Shown: positions 1 through 8,984 of the stretch, piece after piece | How the letters are laid out: every line of letters starts with the position of its first letter | Position numbering within the stretch: position 1 is the stretch's first letter | Source: Thermoleophilia bacterium | GTDB lineage: Bacteria; Actinomycetota; Thermoleophilia; BMS3ABIN01 | Length of the DNA stretch: 64,000 bases | NCBI GenBank assembly: GCA_014874175.1 | Contig: JACWAD010000048.1 | Span: forward strand, 61,222 to 125,221 | Direction: 5' to 3' | Notes under the pieces: generated by a model | What the model saw: only the letters and a program-made list of their open reading frames with translations | Databases searched by the model: none | Told to the model about the DNA's origin: nothing | Translations under genes and position numbers: made by a program

Positions 1-998
1 GTCTTCTGTCCTATCAATGTGCCGCGGCCGTCGTCCTTGACAGCTCCGGCGACTATCTCCGAGGCGCTGGCGGTATAGCCGTTGACCAGCACAACCAGCG
101 GTATAGACCCGTTGGCGCCTCCGCTGGCCGTATACGTATGCCTGTTGGAATCACGGTCCACGACCGAGACAATAGTGCCGCCGGGGATGAAGTCGCTGGC
201 CACGTTTACCGCCTCGTCCAGCAGGCCGCCGCCGTTGTCCCTCAGATCCAGAATGATTCCCTGGGCGCCTTGCCCCACCAGCTTGTCAAGGGAGCCTTTC
301 ACTTTGGCCCCTGCCTCGGATGAGAACTGCTCCAGCCGGATGTAGCCAATTTTCTTTCCCTTGTGCTCAAGAATTTTATCGGTGACAATTGGAAGCTCGA
401 GCTGTTTGCGCACCACTGACTTGTCCATCTCCTGGCTGCCGCGCTTTATGTGCAGAACCACGGTTGTGCCCGCGTTGCCTTTTATCAAAGCGGTTGCTTC
501 TTCCGGGGTCTTGCCGGCAAGGGACCGGCCGTTTACAGAAACAATCAGGTCGCCGCTTCTGACATCGGCCCCCTGAGCCGGAGAGCCGGAAATGACGCCG
601 ATTACCAGCAGCTGCCCGTTTTTCGGCTCCAGCGTGACGCCAATTCCAATAAACGTCCCTTGTGAATGTTCTTCAAACTGCCGGTATGCAGCTGGGTTTA
701 GGTACTCTGAATAGGGGTCGTTAAGGCTTGCCACCATTCCATTGATGGCGCTGTTTTCGAGGCTGTTTTTGTCAACAGGCTTGTAGTAGCCCTCTTCGAG
801 TACTGATTCGATCTGGCTCTCCAGCTGAAGCAGGCTGTCTCCGGGGAAGAAAAAAAAGCGGACGCCTTGAGGGGCCAGGCTGACAAGCGGCGCCACCTGG
901 TAATAATGGCCGCCTATCCAGACGCCCAGCATGGTTCCAGACAGGAAAGCAATCCAGACGGCGAACGCAATCAGAAATACCCTCAAACCACGCGGCAT
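1..998 (-). CDS. ctpA: C-terminal processing (tail-specific) protease, peptidase S41 with PDZ domain; 3' end cut by window edge
   Basis: Reverse-strand translation gives MPRGLRVFLIAF... with GIILDLRDNGGGLLDEAV and GYTASASE S41 signatures; TM/signal N-terminus; ATG at 998. Confidence 0.85.
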   Translation of the reverse strand, partial: MPRGLRVFLIAFAVWIAFLSGTMLGVWIGGHYYQVAPLVSLAPQGVRFFFFPGDSLLQLESQIESVLEEGYYKPVDKNSLENSAINGMVASLNDPYSEYLNPAAYRQFEEHSQGTFIGIGVTLEPKNGQLLVIGVISGSPAQGADVRSGDLIVSVNGRSLAGKTPEEATALIKGNAGTTVVLHIKRGSQEMDKSVVRKQLELPIVTDKILEHKGKKIGYIRLEQFSSEAGAKVKGSLDKLVGQGAQGIILDLRDNGGGLLDEAVNVASDFIPGGTIVSVVDRDSNRHTYTASGGANGSIPLVVLVNGYTASASEIVAGAVKDDGRGTLIGQK

Positions 999-1348
999 AG
1001 AGCAAAGGGTAGCTGCTTTGGCAAGGGAGTGCAAACGGTGGCGCGCCTTGACAACTCTCGGCGGCCGGGTATTAAATATTAATGCTGTCTTAAGGGTATA
1101 AAGCGCGCTTTTCTGAAGGTTTGTGCTGGCGGGGCCGCGGGGCGTCAGTCGGGTCTGGTTTTTTGACCTTCACGCCTTCTTTTCTGTTAGCGGCAGCGGG
1201 AAACGCAGCAAGGCTAAAAGTGCGCGGACAGGGCATGGAGAAGAGGTACACTCCCCCAATTTATCTCTTTTTTAACGGGTAGGATGCCGGCATATCGCAC
1301 CGGCTTACCCGAAAGCCTGTTGGCTCTGACACTAAAGGAGGATGGGAT

Positions 1349-2836
1349 ATGGCAGACGCGACCGCGAGTTCCAGACACAAGATTTACGCTATCGGCGTGT
1401 TTGGTTTTGTAGCAATCCTTTCGATTTTGTACTACCTTTCGGCGCCGGTGTATATTTACATCATTGCCTACATGTGGTTTGGATTCATTTACGGCATCCT
1501 GCAGCAGTACGGCCGTTTTTGTTTTGCTTCTGCTTTCCGCGACCTGATCATGGTCAAGGTGCCGCGCATGTTTGTCGGCATCATCATCGGCCTGATAATG
1601 CTGAGCATTGTCAACTCGTACATCGTTTCAGTTTATCCTGACAAATACATCATTGAATCGATCGGGTTCCACGGCCTTCTGGGCGGCGCCATATTCGGGC
1701 TGGGCATGGTTTTTGCCGGAGGCTGCGCCACCGGGAGCCTTTACAAGACCGGCGAAGGCAACATGATCTCCTTTACGGTGCTGATGGCCCTCGCCTTTTC
1801 CCAGGCCATCTTCCAGGCGACGGCGTTTGACTGGTTCAAGTCGCATTTCATTGACGGGAAGACGCTCAATGATGTCGGCTTGACAAAGGTTCTGTTCGGC
1901 GGCATTGGCAACCACACCGCCAAGTACTCGTTTATCCAGCACCTGCTTGGCGACACTTTGATAAATGCGGTCCTGGTGGGCCTGCTGCTGCTCATCGGCG
2001 TTTATGTCTTCGTGGTGCGCAAGCCCTTCCTTAAGCGCCGGGCCCGGCAGATTGCAGCCACCGCCGGCGCCACGGCCGACGGCGGCACGGCCAAGCCCGG
2101 CTTTAAAGATGAGCTGGCCGGTTTCTGGTCGATGATCAGCGCCTCCCGCCGCACCTCGATTGCCGCCATCCTGATCGGCATCGTAGCCGGCGCGCAGATC
2201 TTCACCCTTGCCTGGCTTCAGAATCGTTATGATTTCACCAATTTTGGCCAGGTGCTGGCCGGCAAGCCGGCGGCAGGAGCGCCGCTGCCCAACGGCAGCA
2301 AAGTCTCCCCCACGCCGCCCTCGAGCTGGCCCCAGACGCACGCCACCTACCCGGCAGTATCCCATAATAATACGGTTTTTGACCCCGGTTACTGGTACAT
2401 CACCACCCAGGAAGCAATGTTCGGCGGCTGGGTGCTTCACCACATTGGATTTTCAGTTACGAACAACAGTTACTTTGGCCAGGACAACGGCATTCCCAAC
2501 CCCTGGCTTAGCCCCGCCCTGCTGCTTTCGATCGGGCTCATCCTGGGGGCTTCATTCAAGGGCCTGATGGCGCGGGAGTTTAAGTGGAAATTCCCGCACT
2601 CAAAGGCGCAATGGGCCTATGCCGTCGGCGGCGGCACCCTGATGGGCGTCGGCGCCCGCATCGGCCTGGGCTGCAACATCGGCGCTTTTTACGGCCCCGC
2701 GGCTTTTGGCAATCCCAGCGCCTGGGTTTTCTTCGTCGGCTTGTTTATAGGGGCCGCCTTGGCAGCAAGGTATATTAACTTCTTTGCCAACCGCAAGATG
2801 GCCTCGGACGAAATGGATTTTGATATCCAGCTGTAA
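1349..2836 (+). CDS. yeeE: YeeE/YedE family sulfur-compound (thiosulfate) transporter
   Basis: 495-aa polytopic membrane protein with GGCATGSLYK motif typical of YeeE/YedE; GGAGG RBS 8 nt upstream of ATG; followed by TusA-like gene. Confidence 0.8.
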   Translation: MADATASSRHKIYAIGVFGFVAILSILYYLSAPVYIYIIAYMWFGFIYGILQQYGRFCFASAFRDLIMVKVPRMFVGIIIGLIMLSIVNSYIVSVYPDKYIIESIGFHGLLGGAIFGLGMVFAGGCATGSLYKTGEGNMISFTVLMALAFSQAIFQATAFDWFKSHFIDGKTLNDVGLTKVLFGGIGNHTAKYSFIQHLLGDTLINAVLVGLLLLIGVYVFVVRKPFLKRRARQIAATAGATADGGTAKPGFKDELAGFWSMISASRRTSIAAILIGIVAGAQIFTLAWLQNRYDFTNFGQVLAGKPAAGAPLPNGSKVSPTPPSSWPQTHATYPAVSHNNTVFDPGYWYITTQEAMFGGWVLHHIGFSVTNNSYFGQDNGIPNPWLSPALLLSIGLILGASFKGLMAREFKWKFPHSKAQWAYAVGGGTLMGVGARIGLGCNIGAFYGPAAFGNPSAWVFFVGLFIGAALAARYINFFANRKMASDEMDFDIQL

Positions 2837-2890
2837 CTGAACATTCTGGAAAGCTGGAAAGCATTTGTGACAAACGGGAGGTGAAACGGT

Positions 2891-3136
2891 TTGAAATTTA
2901 ACAAGCTTGAAGAGGGCAAGTACGAGCTGGACGTAACCGGCTACGTCTGCCCGCATCCGCAGCTCTATACTCTCAAGTGCATGGAAAAGCTGGAAGACGG
3001 CATGGAGCTGGATGTCCTTATTGACAATCCATCTTCGGTGGAGTCCGTGACCCAGGCCTGCAACGGCAAGGGTTATGCAATCCTCGAAAAGACAAATCCA
3101 AAGGCCGGCGTGACGGCCCTCAAGATTCAGAAATAG
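2891..3136 (+). CDS. tusA: TusA-like sulfurtransferase (YeeD/SirA family)
   Basis: 81 aa with YVCPHP (CPxP) active-site motif; TTG start preceded by GGGAGGTGA. Confidence 0.85.
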   Translation: MKFNKLEEGKYELDVTGYVCPHPQLYTLKCMEKLEDGMELDVLIDNPSSVESVTQACNGKGYAILEKTNPKAGVTALKIQK

Positions 3137-3158
3137 GGATTAACAGTTTCCGGTTTGA

Positions 3159-3226
3159 GCCTTGCAAGGCGCGGGAACTACAGGAATTAAAATCCTGTGG
3201 TGCCGCGCCTTGTGATTTCTTGTGTT
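3159..3226 (+). terminator. Nested stem-loop (12-bp palindrome GCCTTGCAAGGC plus 10-bp stem CAAGGCGCGG/CCGCGCCTTG) followed by U-rich tract after tusA
   Basis: Inverted repeats read directly from sequence; located 25-90 nt after tusA stop. Confidence 0.4.
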
Positions 3227-3345
3227 ATGACTATGGCAATAATATAATCACGCTCCAGACTGTCCTCCGCAAAGGAGCCCATTGCCGGGCCAGAGGGCGG
3301 GCATATAAAACCAACACGATGGAGGTAGCAAATGGAGGTCGCGAC

Positions 3346-3633
3346 ATGAGCAAACTGGGAATTCTCGTAAGTACCGACAAATACCTCGAGGATGTCGTCG
3401 GGCTCGCCGGGGCAGCCAAGGCCGCCGGTCACGATGTCACCATTTTCGGGATGGACGACGGCACACTGCTAATGGCCGACATCTGCAAGGAACTGGGCGA
3501 CGCCGCTCAAGTCTCATATTGCGAACACAGCGCCTCGCCGCGCGGCGTTTCCGATGTAGAAGGCGCTACTGCAGGCAGCCAGTACCAGAACGCGGTCATG
3601 ATGCATGAAGCAGACAAGGTGGTGGTCTTTTAA
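3346..3633 (+). CDS. DsrE/DsrF-like sulfur relay protein
   Basis: MSKLGILVSTDKY... ~96 aa; GGAGG RBS; conserved Cys in SYCEHSA; stop overlaps next start (TAATG). Confidence 0.65.
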   Translation: MSKLGILVSTDKYLEDVVGLAGAAKAAGHDVTIFGMDDGTLLMADICKELGDAAQVSYCEHSASPRGVSDVEGATAGSQYQNAVMMHEADKVVVF

Positions 3634-3914
3634 TGGGAGACGAAGCCAAAAAAATTGCCGTTATAATCCGGGACAGGCAGGACGAAGCGCTGCGCATGGC
3701 GGTAGGGCTGACGCTTGAGGGCGACGAGGTTGCTGTTTTTAATCTCGGCGAGCCCATCGATCGTCACGGCGACAACGATCTTAACGTGGAGACCCTGGGA
3801 GATCTTGATTGCGGCCGCTTCTCGGTTAATGCCGCCGATGAAGGCTTCGAGCAGATGACAATGCAGAACATTCCCCAGAAGCTGCTTGAGTTCGATCACG
3901 TCGTTCCTTATTAA
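3633..3914 (+). CDS. DsrE/DsrF/DsrH-family small sulfur relay protein
   Basis: 93 aa, IAVIIRDRQDEALRMAVGLTLEGDEVAVF pattern of DsrE/F fold; translationally coupled to upstream dsrE-like. Confidence 0.55.
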   Translation: MGDEAKKIAVIIRDRQDEALRMAVGLTLEGDEVAVFNLGEPIDRHGDNDLNVETLGDLDCGRFSVNAADEGFEQMTMQNIPQKLLEFDHVVPY

Positions 3915-3962
3915 AGACAGGGGTTATGTAAAAGAGCATCGCCCCGGTACTGCGAGGTAACC

Positions 3963-4136
3963 ATGAAGATACTGCACATCATCAAGGAATTTACCGAAAC
4001 CGGAAACGTGGACACGATAATTGAAGACCAGGAAGCTCCCGATAACGAGGTAACGGTTTTCCGCCTAAAGGAAAGCAAGGACTACGCCAGGCTGGTTGAC
4101 CTAATCTTTTCCAGCGACCAGGTTTACACCTGGTAA
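3963..4136 (+). CDS. Short DsrH/TusB-like ORF (57 aa), not in supplied ORF track
   Basis: ATG at 3963 preceded by GAGGT; N-terminus MKILHIIKE resembles DsrH/TusB MxILHxV start; ends 4134-4136 TAA. Confidence 0.35.
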   Translation: MKILHIIKEFTETGNVDTIIEDQEAPDNEVTVFRLKESKDYARLVDLIFSSDQVYTW

Positions 4137-4184
4137 GGGCTCGCCGGCGGCGATGCCGCCTCTGGGCGGCCCGACAGAACCAAG

Positions 4185-4214
4185 AAAAAGGCCCTCATGC
4201 GAGGGCCTTTTATT
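4185..4214. terminator. Bidirectional rho-independent terminator between dsrH-like ORF and cspA
   Basis: AAAAAGGCCCTCatgcGAGGGCCTTTTATT: 8-bp GC stem flanked by A-run and T-run. Confidence 0.7.
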
Positions 4215-4232
4215 GCAGTGCCAATCGTGAAA

Positions 4233-4433
4233 TTAGAGAACCCGCACGTTGGTTGCCTGCGGACCCTTTGGCCCCTCCGTTGGCTCGAAGCTCACCTTCT
4301 GTCCCTCGGTGAGGGTCTTAAACCCGTCGCCCTGGATCTCAGAAAAGTGAACGAACAAATCGCTGCCGTTCTCCTGCTCGATGAAGCCATACCCTTTCTG
4401 ATCGGAGAACCATTTGACTGTTCCTTCTGGCAA
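4233..4433 (-). CDS. cspA: Cold-shock protein CspA family
   Basis: [15 protein letters not shown] ... cold-shock domain; likely TTG start at 4433 with GGGAGG RBS (supplied ORF extends to alternative GTG at 4466). Confidence 0.9.
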   Translation of the reverse strand: MPEGTVKWFSDQKGYGFIEQENGSDLFVHFSEIQGDGFKTLTEGQKVSFEPTEGPKGPQATNVRVL

Positions 4434-4585
4434 GGTCTTCCTCCCTTCGTTTCCGTGGCAGTGCACTCGAACCTTGCCAAAAGCTTCAGTCCAGTACCAC
4501 TTACCTTTTTCATGCCCGCCCCGCGGACCTAATAATAATAAGCCAGGACAGGTTTTTTAGCAAACCAAACGGCAAACATTTGGTA

Positions 4586-5005
4586 TCAAGTTTTCGCAAC
4601 TGCCCCGGCAGGATTTCCCCCGCCGGAAGCTTCCCGCCGGCGCCAGCGGATAATGAGGATGGCAATTGCAACAATGACGGCGCCGGCAAAGTCGATGAAG
4701 ACATCTGAGACCTCGGCGCCGCGGCCGGGAACAAAGCTCTGGTGGTATTCATCCGAGGCGGCGTAGGCCAGCGTCAGAAAGCCGCTTAAGACAATTGCAG
4801 CCCGGTTCCGGGCCCAGGAGCCGGTTGCCAGCCACAGCAGAAAGAAGAGAATGCCAAACGCCGCCATGTGTGCGGACTTGCGCAAAATAAAATCGAGGGT
4901 CCCGTGGTGGGTGATTGTCAGATTGGGTTGGGCAGACAGATAAAAAATTAGCCCCGCCCAGGCCAGCACAGCCAGCCATGATGTCAAGCGCCAGCGCGCC
5001 GTCAA
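4586..5005 (-). CDS. VanZ-like family membrane protein
   Basis: 139 aa, 4 TM, RKSAHMAAFGILFFLL...DEYHQSFVPGR VanZ signature; TTG start overlaps ftsX stop. Confidence 0.75.
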   Translation of the reverse strand: MTARWRLTSWLAVLAWAGLIFYLSAQPNLTITHHGTLDFILRKSAHMAAFGILFFLLWLATGSWARNRAAIVLSGFLTLAYAASDEYHQSFVPGRGAEVSDVFIDFAGAVIVAIAILIIRWRRREASGGGNPAGAVAKT

Positions 5006-6099
5006 ATTTTCAGGAACCGCCTCAGGGCCAGCCCGCTTCCTAATGAGCCCAGCAGGCAGCCGCCGCCGACTATGAACAAAAGCAGCCAGAAAGTGGGCAC
5101 CGTGTCAGCGCCCAGGAACGGCATCTGGGAAATAATCTTGTCGACAAAGTAGTTTTGCACCAGCAGAAACATGACCATGGCGCCGGTTGCTCCCACCACC
5201 CCGGTGAACACGCCCTCCATGATAAACGGCCAGCGGATGAACCAGTTGGTGGCGCCCACGAGCCTCATGATTTCAACCTCGCGGCGGCGGGCGAAGATCG
5301 ACAGGCGGATAGTGTTGGAGATAAGCAGGATGGAAGCCACCGCCAAAAGGACCACAAAGCCTGCCCCACCCATGAGAATGTAGTGCGTGACCTGGATGAC
5401 GCGGTCGGTGGTCTCGCCGCCGGTCCTGACGCCATCGGTGTAGTAAATTTCAGAATTGGCGCTGTGCGCGGCTGCGGCCGTTCCCGCCTGCGCGCGGACG
5501 ACGGAGACATTATTCCCGGATGGATCCTGAGCGACCTTCATTACCTCATTGCCCACAGTCAGGTACATGTTTGCCGAAAACTTGGCTCTGTCATCGGTGG
5601 AAACAGCCATCGTGGTTGCATCGGGGCTCATGTTGGTTCCCAGGCGGGAAGCGGTATCGTTGTCTACGATGGGATTGTTGTAAAAACGGCTGGCTACGCT
5701 GTCTATCTGGCTCGGGTCTTTCAGGTAGATCTCATAGGAGGGTGGCAGCGGGTTACCCGACAAGGCCGCCAGCACGTCCTCGTGCCCCTTCATGCTCTCC
5801 CGCAGCCGGTTCATCGCCTCTTCCTTGCTGACAAAATTGACATCCTTGACTTCAGGCATGGCCCGGATCTGGTCGCCCAGCTGGGAGATCTGGCCAGGTG
5901 AGGCAATGCTCCTGATGAACACTTCGATCTCCAGCTTGCCGCGCACGCCGCTGGTGGCGTTCTGGAGGTTGACAAAAATAAAGCAGCCAATTCCAAGAAC
6001 AAACATGGAAACGAGCACGGTAACGATTGCCGCCACGCTCATCACCCAGTTGCGGACGAGCGAGTCGATGGCTTCGCTTAAAAAGAACCTGAGCTTCAT
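5002..6099 (-). CDS. ftsX: Cell-division ABC transporter permease FtsX (extended extracytoplasmic domain)
   Basis: MKLRFFLSEAIDSLVRNW... 4 TM, C-terminal FtsX-like permease domain; immediately downstream of ftsE. Confidence 0.85.
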   Translation of the reverse strand: MKLRFFLSEAIDSLVRNWVMSVAAIVTVLVSMFVLGIGCFIFVNLQNATSGVRGKLEIEVFIRSIASPGQISQLGDQIRAMPEVKDVNFVSKEEAMNRLRESMKGHEDVLAALSGNPLPPSYEIYLKDPSQIDSVASRFYNNPIVDNDTASRLGTNMSPDATTMAVSTDDRAKFSANMYLTVGNEVMKVAQDPSGNNVSVVRAQAGTAAAAHSANSEIYYTDGVRTGGETTDRVIQVTHYILMGGAGFVVLLAVASILLISNTIRLSIFARRREVEIMRLVGATNWFIRWPFIMEGVFTGVVGATGAMVMFLLVQNYFVDKIISQMPFLGADTVPTFWLLLFIVGGGCLLGSLGSGLALRRFLKI

Positions 6100-6776
6100 T
6101 ACCGGTACAGCCCTTTATCCTCGTCCCGGATAACGCTTCCCTCTTCGAGGGCGATGACGCGCTTGCGCATTTTGTCAACCATCTCCCGGTCGTGGGTAGC
6201 CATGAGAACCGTTGTGCCGGCCCGGTTTATACGGTAGAGGAGCTGCATGATGCCAACGGACGTGTCCGGGTCAAGATTGCCGGTCGGCTCGTCGGCCACA
6301 AGCAGTGATGGATGATTTACAAAGGCTCGGGCGACGCTGACGCGCTGCTGTTCGCCGGCGGAAAGCTCGTCAGGCAGGCTGTTCATCTTCTCACCCAGCC
6401 CCACCAGCTGCAGGATCTCGGGCACCTTTCTGCGGATGGAGCGGGCCGGCTGCCCGGTCACCCTGAGCGCATAGGCCACGTTCTCGGCGACGGAGCGGTT
6501 GGAAAGCAGCTTGAAGTCCTGAAAAACACAGCCGATGCTGCGCCTGTGGTGGGGAACGGCGGAGCGCCGCATGCGGCCAAGATTGCGGCCGGCGACGGTG
6601 ATGCTGCCTCTCGTCGGCTCGAACTCCTTCAGCAGCAGGCGGATGAAGGTTGACTTGCCCGAGCCGCTGTGCCCTACCAGAAAAGCGAACTCGCCGCGCT
6701 CAATATGAACGTTGACATCCTTAAGCCCGACGATGTTCGGGTTGTAGGCTTTGCTTACATTTTCAAAGCGGATCAA
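6099..6776 (-). CDS. ftsE: Cell-division ATP-binding protein FtsE
   Basis: MIRFENVSKAY..., Walker A GHSGSGKST, ABC signature LSAGEQQRVSVARA, Walker B LLVADEPT. Confidence 0.93.
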   Translation of the reverse strand: MIRFENVSKAYNPNIVGLKDVNVHIERGEFAFLVGHSGSGKSTFIRLLLKEFEPTRGSITVAGRNLGRMRRSAVPHHRRSIGCVFQDFKLLSNRSVAENVAYALRVTGQPARSIRRKVPEILQLVGLGEKMNSLPDELSAGEQQRVSVARAFVNHPSLLVADEPTGNLDPDTSVGIMQLLYRINRAGTTVLMATHDREMVDKMRKRVIALEEGSVIRDEDKGLYR

Positions 6777-6971
6777 ACGCCAGCTCCCAAAGGTCCAGCT
6801 GTCGGCTGTTACTATTGACTGTTTTCATGGCCTGTTACCTGCGGCCGTGAAAGCGCCGCGCCAGGAGAGCTCTCGGTTAAGGGATTATCGAAGGCGGCGG
6901 CTTCCAGGCGGGTAACCTAACGGCGGCAGTTTCCTGACGGCCGGATTAATCTTCCTTTGTGCCTTACTACT

Positions 6972-7928
6972 TTAACAACCCTTGCTTTGCAATACCAAAC
7001 CGGCCAGTTCCACGATGTGCTTCGCGGTCAGGTGAAACTCTTCCAGCAACTGGTCCGGGTGCCCCGATTTGCCAAAAACGTCCCTGATCCCAAGCCGGCC
7101 GATTCTGACCGGGATATGCTCGGCGGCTACCCGCGAGACAGCGTCGCCAAGCCCGCCGATTATGCTGTGCTCTTCGGCTGTGACGGCGCACCCTGTCCTG
7201 GAGAGGCTGGCCAGGACCGTCTCCGCGTCAATGGGCTTTATAACACTTACATTTACAACTTCGGCGCTTATATCCCTTTTCCCCAGCTCATCCGCAGCCG
7301 TCAGCGCCTTTGCCGCCATTATACCGCAGGCAAATATGGAAATGTCAGACCCCGGCCTGAGGATATCGGCGCCGTTGCCAAGTCCAGACGGTACGCGTTT
7401 GTACAGGGGGGGCACCGCCAGCCGGCCGGTGCGGATATACATCGGCCCCGGCAGCCCGTAGCTTTCCATTACTGCGGCAAACGCCTGATTGTAATCGGCG
7501 GGCACCACCACGCGCATGTTTGGAAGCATCCGCATCAGCCCGATGTCTTCCACCGACTGGTGCGAACAGCCGTCTTCTCCTACCGTGACGCCGCCGTGGC
7601 TGGCGCAGATCCGCACCGGCAGCTTCGGCTGGGCAATGCTCTGCCGCACCTGGTCAAACGCCCTGCCGGCGGCAAAAACGGCGAACGTGGAAGCATAGGG
7701 AATCTTGCCGCCGATGGCAAGGCCCGCCGACATGTTCATCATGTTGGCCTCGGCTACGCCGACGTTAAAGAAACGGCCGGGGAAAGCGGCGCCAAACTTG
7801 CCGCTCTTGGTTGAGCCCGCCAGGTCGGCGTCCAGCGCAACGACGTCCTCGTGCTGCTCGCCCAATTTGAGCAGGGCATCGCCATAGGCGTCCCTGGTTG
7901 CCCTTGGCTTGTCCGGCTCAGCAGCCAA
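6972..7928 (-). CDS. tktB: Transketolase, C-terminal (pyrimidine-binding) subunit
   Basis: ATRDAYGDALLKLGE...; true start probably TTG at 7928 after AGGAGG, overlapping upstream subunit stop by 11 nt; supplied 400-aa ORF is N-terminally over-extended. Confidence 0.85.
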   Translation of the reverse strand: MAAEPDKPRATRDAYGDALLKLGEQHEDVVALDADLAGSTKSGKFGAAFPGRFFNVGVAEANMMNMSAGLAIGGKIPYASTFAVFAAGRAFDQVRQSIAQPKLPVRICASHGGVTVGEDGCSHQSVEDIGLMRMLPNMRVVVPADYNQAFAAVMESYGLPGPMYIRTGRLAVPPLYKRVPSGLGNGADILRPGSDISIFACGIMAAKALTAADELGKRDISAEVVNVSVIKPIDAETVLASLSRTGCAVTAEEHSIIGGLGDAVSRVAAEHIPVRIGRLGIRDVFGKSGHPDQLLEEFHLTAKHIVELAGLVLQSKGC

Positions 7929-8706
7929 CAGGCTCCTCCTCACCGGCAACCTTTTCGCCGCCCAACTCCGCAAGCGCCAGCGCCGCCTCTCCTTTTGTGG
8001 GAGCCTTGCCATGCCAGCCGGCATTGTTCTCCATAAAGGAGACGCCTTTGCCCTTGACCGTTTTTGCAATGACAGCGGTTGGACCGGGGCCGGTGCGGCC
8101 CCACTCCAGGGCGTTGATGATTTCTTCCATGTCATGGCCGTCGATGGCGCGGCTACGCCAGCCGAAAGCCGCATACTTGTCAGCCAGAGGCTCCACGTTC
8201 ATGACATCCTTGGTAAATCCGTCAATCTGAAGGCCATTCACATCTATGATGGCCGTCAGGTTTTGCAGCTTAAAATGCGAGGCCGCCATGGCGGCCTCCC
8301 AAACCTCTCCTTCCTGCGACTCACCGTCGCCCAGAAGGGTGAAGATGTGGCCGGGCAGCCCGTCCAGCCCCATGGCCAGGGCCAGGCCAATCGAGACTGA
8401 AAGTCCCTGTCCCAGGGAACCGGAAGAGATCTCCACCCCCGGAGTCTTATGCATGTCCGGGTGCCCCTGCAGGTGACAGTCGATCTTGCGCAGGTTAGCA
8501 AGATCGCTGACGGGGAAATAGCCGCTTCGCGCCAGCGCGGCGTAAAGAGCGGGGGCGCCGTGCCCCTTGCTGAGGATAAACCGGTCCCGGCCGTGCCACC
8601 CGGGATCGCCGGGCTTGTGCCTTAGCACCCGGAAATAAAGCGCCGCAATTATATCGGCCGCCGACAGCGAGCCGCCGGGATGGCCGGAGCCCGCGGCGGC
8701 AACCAT
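7918..8706 (-). CDS. tktA: Transketolase, N-terminal (TPP-binding) subunit
   Basis: AAAGSGHPGGSLSAADII..., GDGESQEGEVWEA TPP motif; conserved N-terminal extension LDIEELEKKANLLRRDIIR lies in frame upstream of the annotated ATG with no canonical start (see findings). Confidence 0.85.
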   Translation of the reverse strand: MVAAAGSGHPGGSLSAADIIAALYFRVLRHKPGDPGWHGRDRFILSKGHGAPALYAALARSGYFPVSDLANLRKIDCHLQGHPDMHKTPGVEISSGSLGQGLSVSIGLALAMGLDGLPGHIFTLLGDGESQEGEVWEAAMAASHFKLQNLTAIIDVNGLQIDGFTKDVMNVEPLADKYAAFGWRSRAIDGHDMEEIINALEWGRTGPGPTAVIAKTVKGKGVSFMENNAGWHGKAPTKGEAALALAELGGEKVAGEEEPVGC

Positions 8707-8984
8707 TCGGATGATGTCCCGGCGCAGCAGGTTTGCTTTTTTTTCAAGTTCCTCGATGTCCAGCAGGCAGAGCCTTTCGGAAAAAGACGAAGAGCGGTCT
8801 GGCTCGGTTTGGTGATCAAATTTGCCGGCGACAACGCTCCGGCAGCTGATTATCTAATGAAACGGGTCCGGGTGCAAGATCATGACTTCGGCAGTCCGGC
8901 CAGTTGCCATTACAAGGAAGCATCCCCGGGTTTTTTGCCCTCTTCTTGCTGGTGGAAGTCCTCCCAGGACTCCGGCGCCGGCTG

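Noticed and set aside
3220-3345. N-terminal 42 codons of supplied ORF 3220-3633 (MCYDYGNNIITLQ...)
   Set aside because: No RBS, low-complexity, and the conserved DsrE-like start MSKLGILV has a GGAGG RBS at 3346. The longer form is likely non-coding leader.
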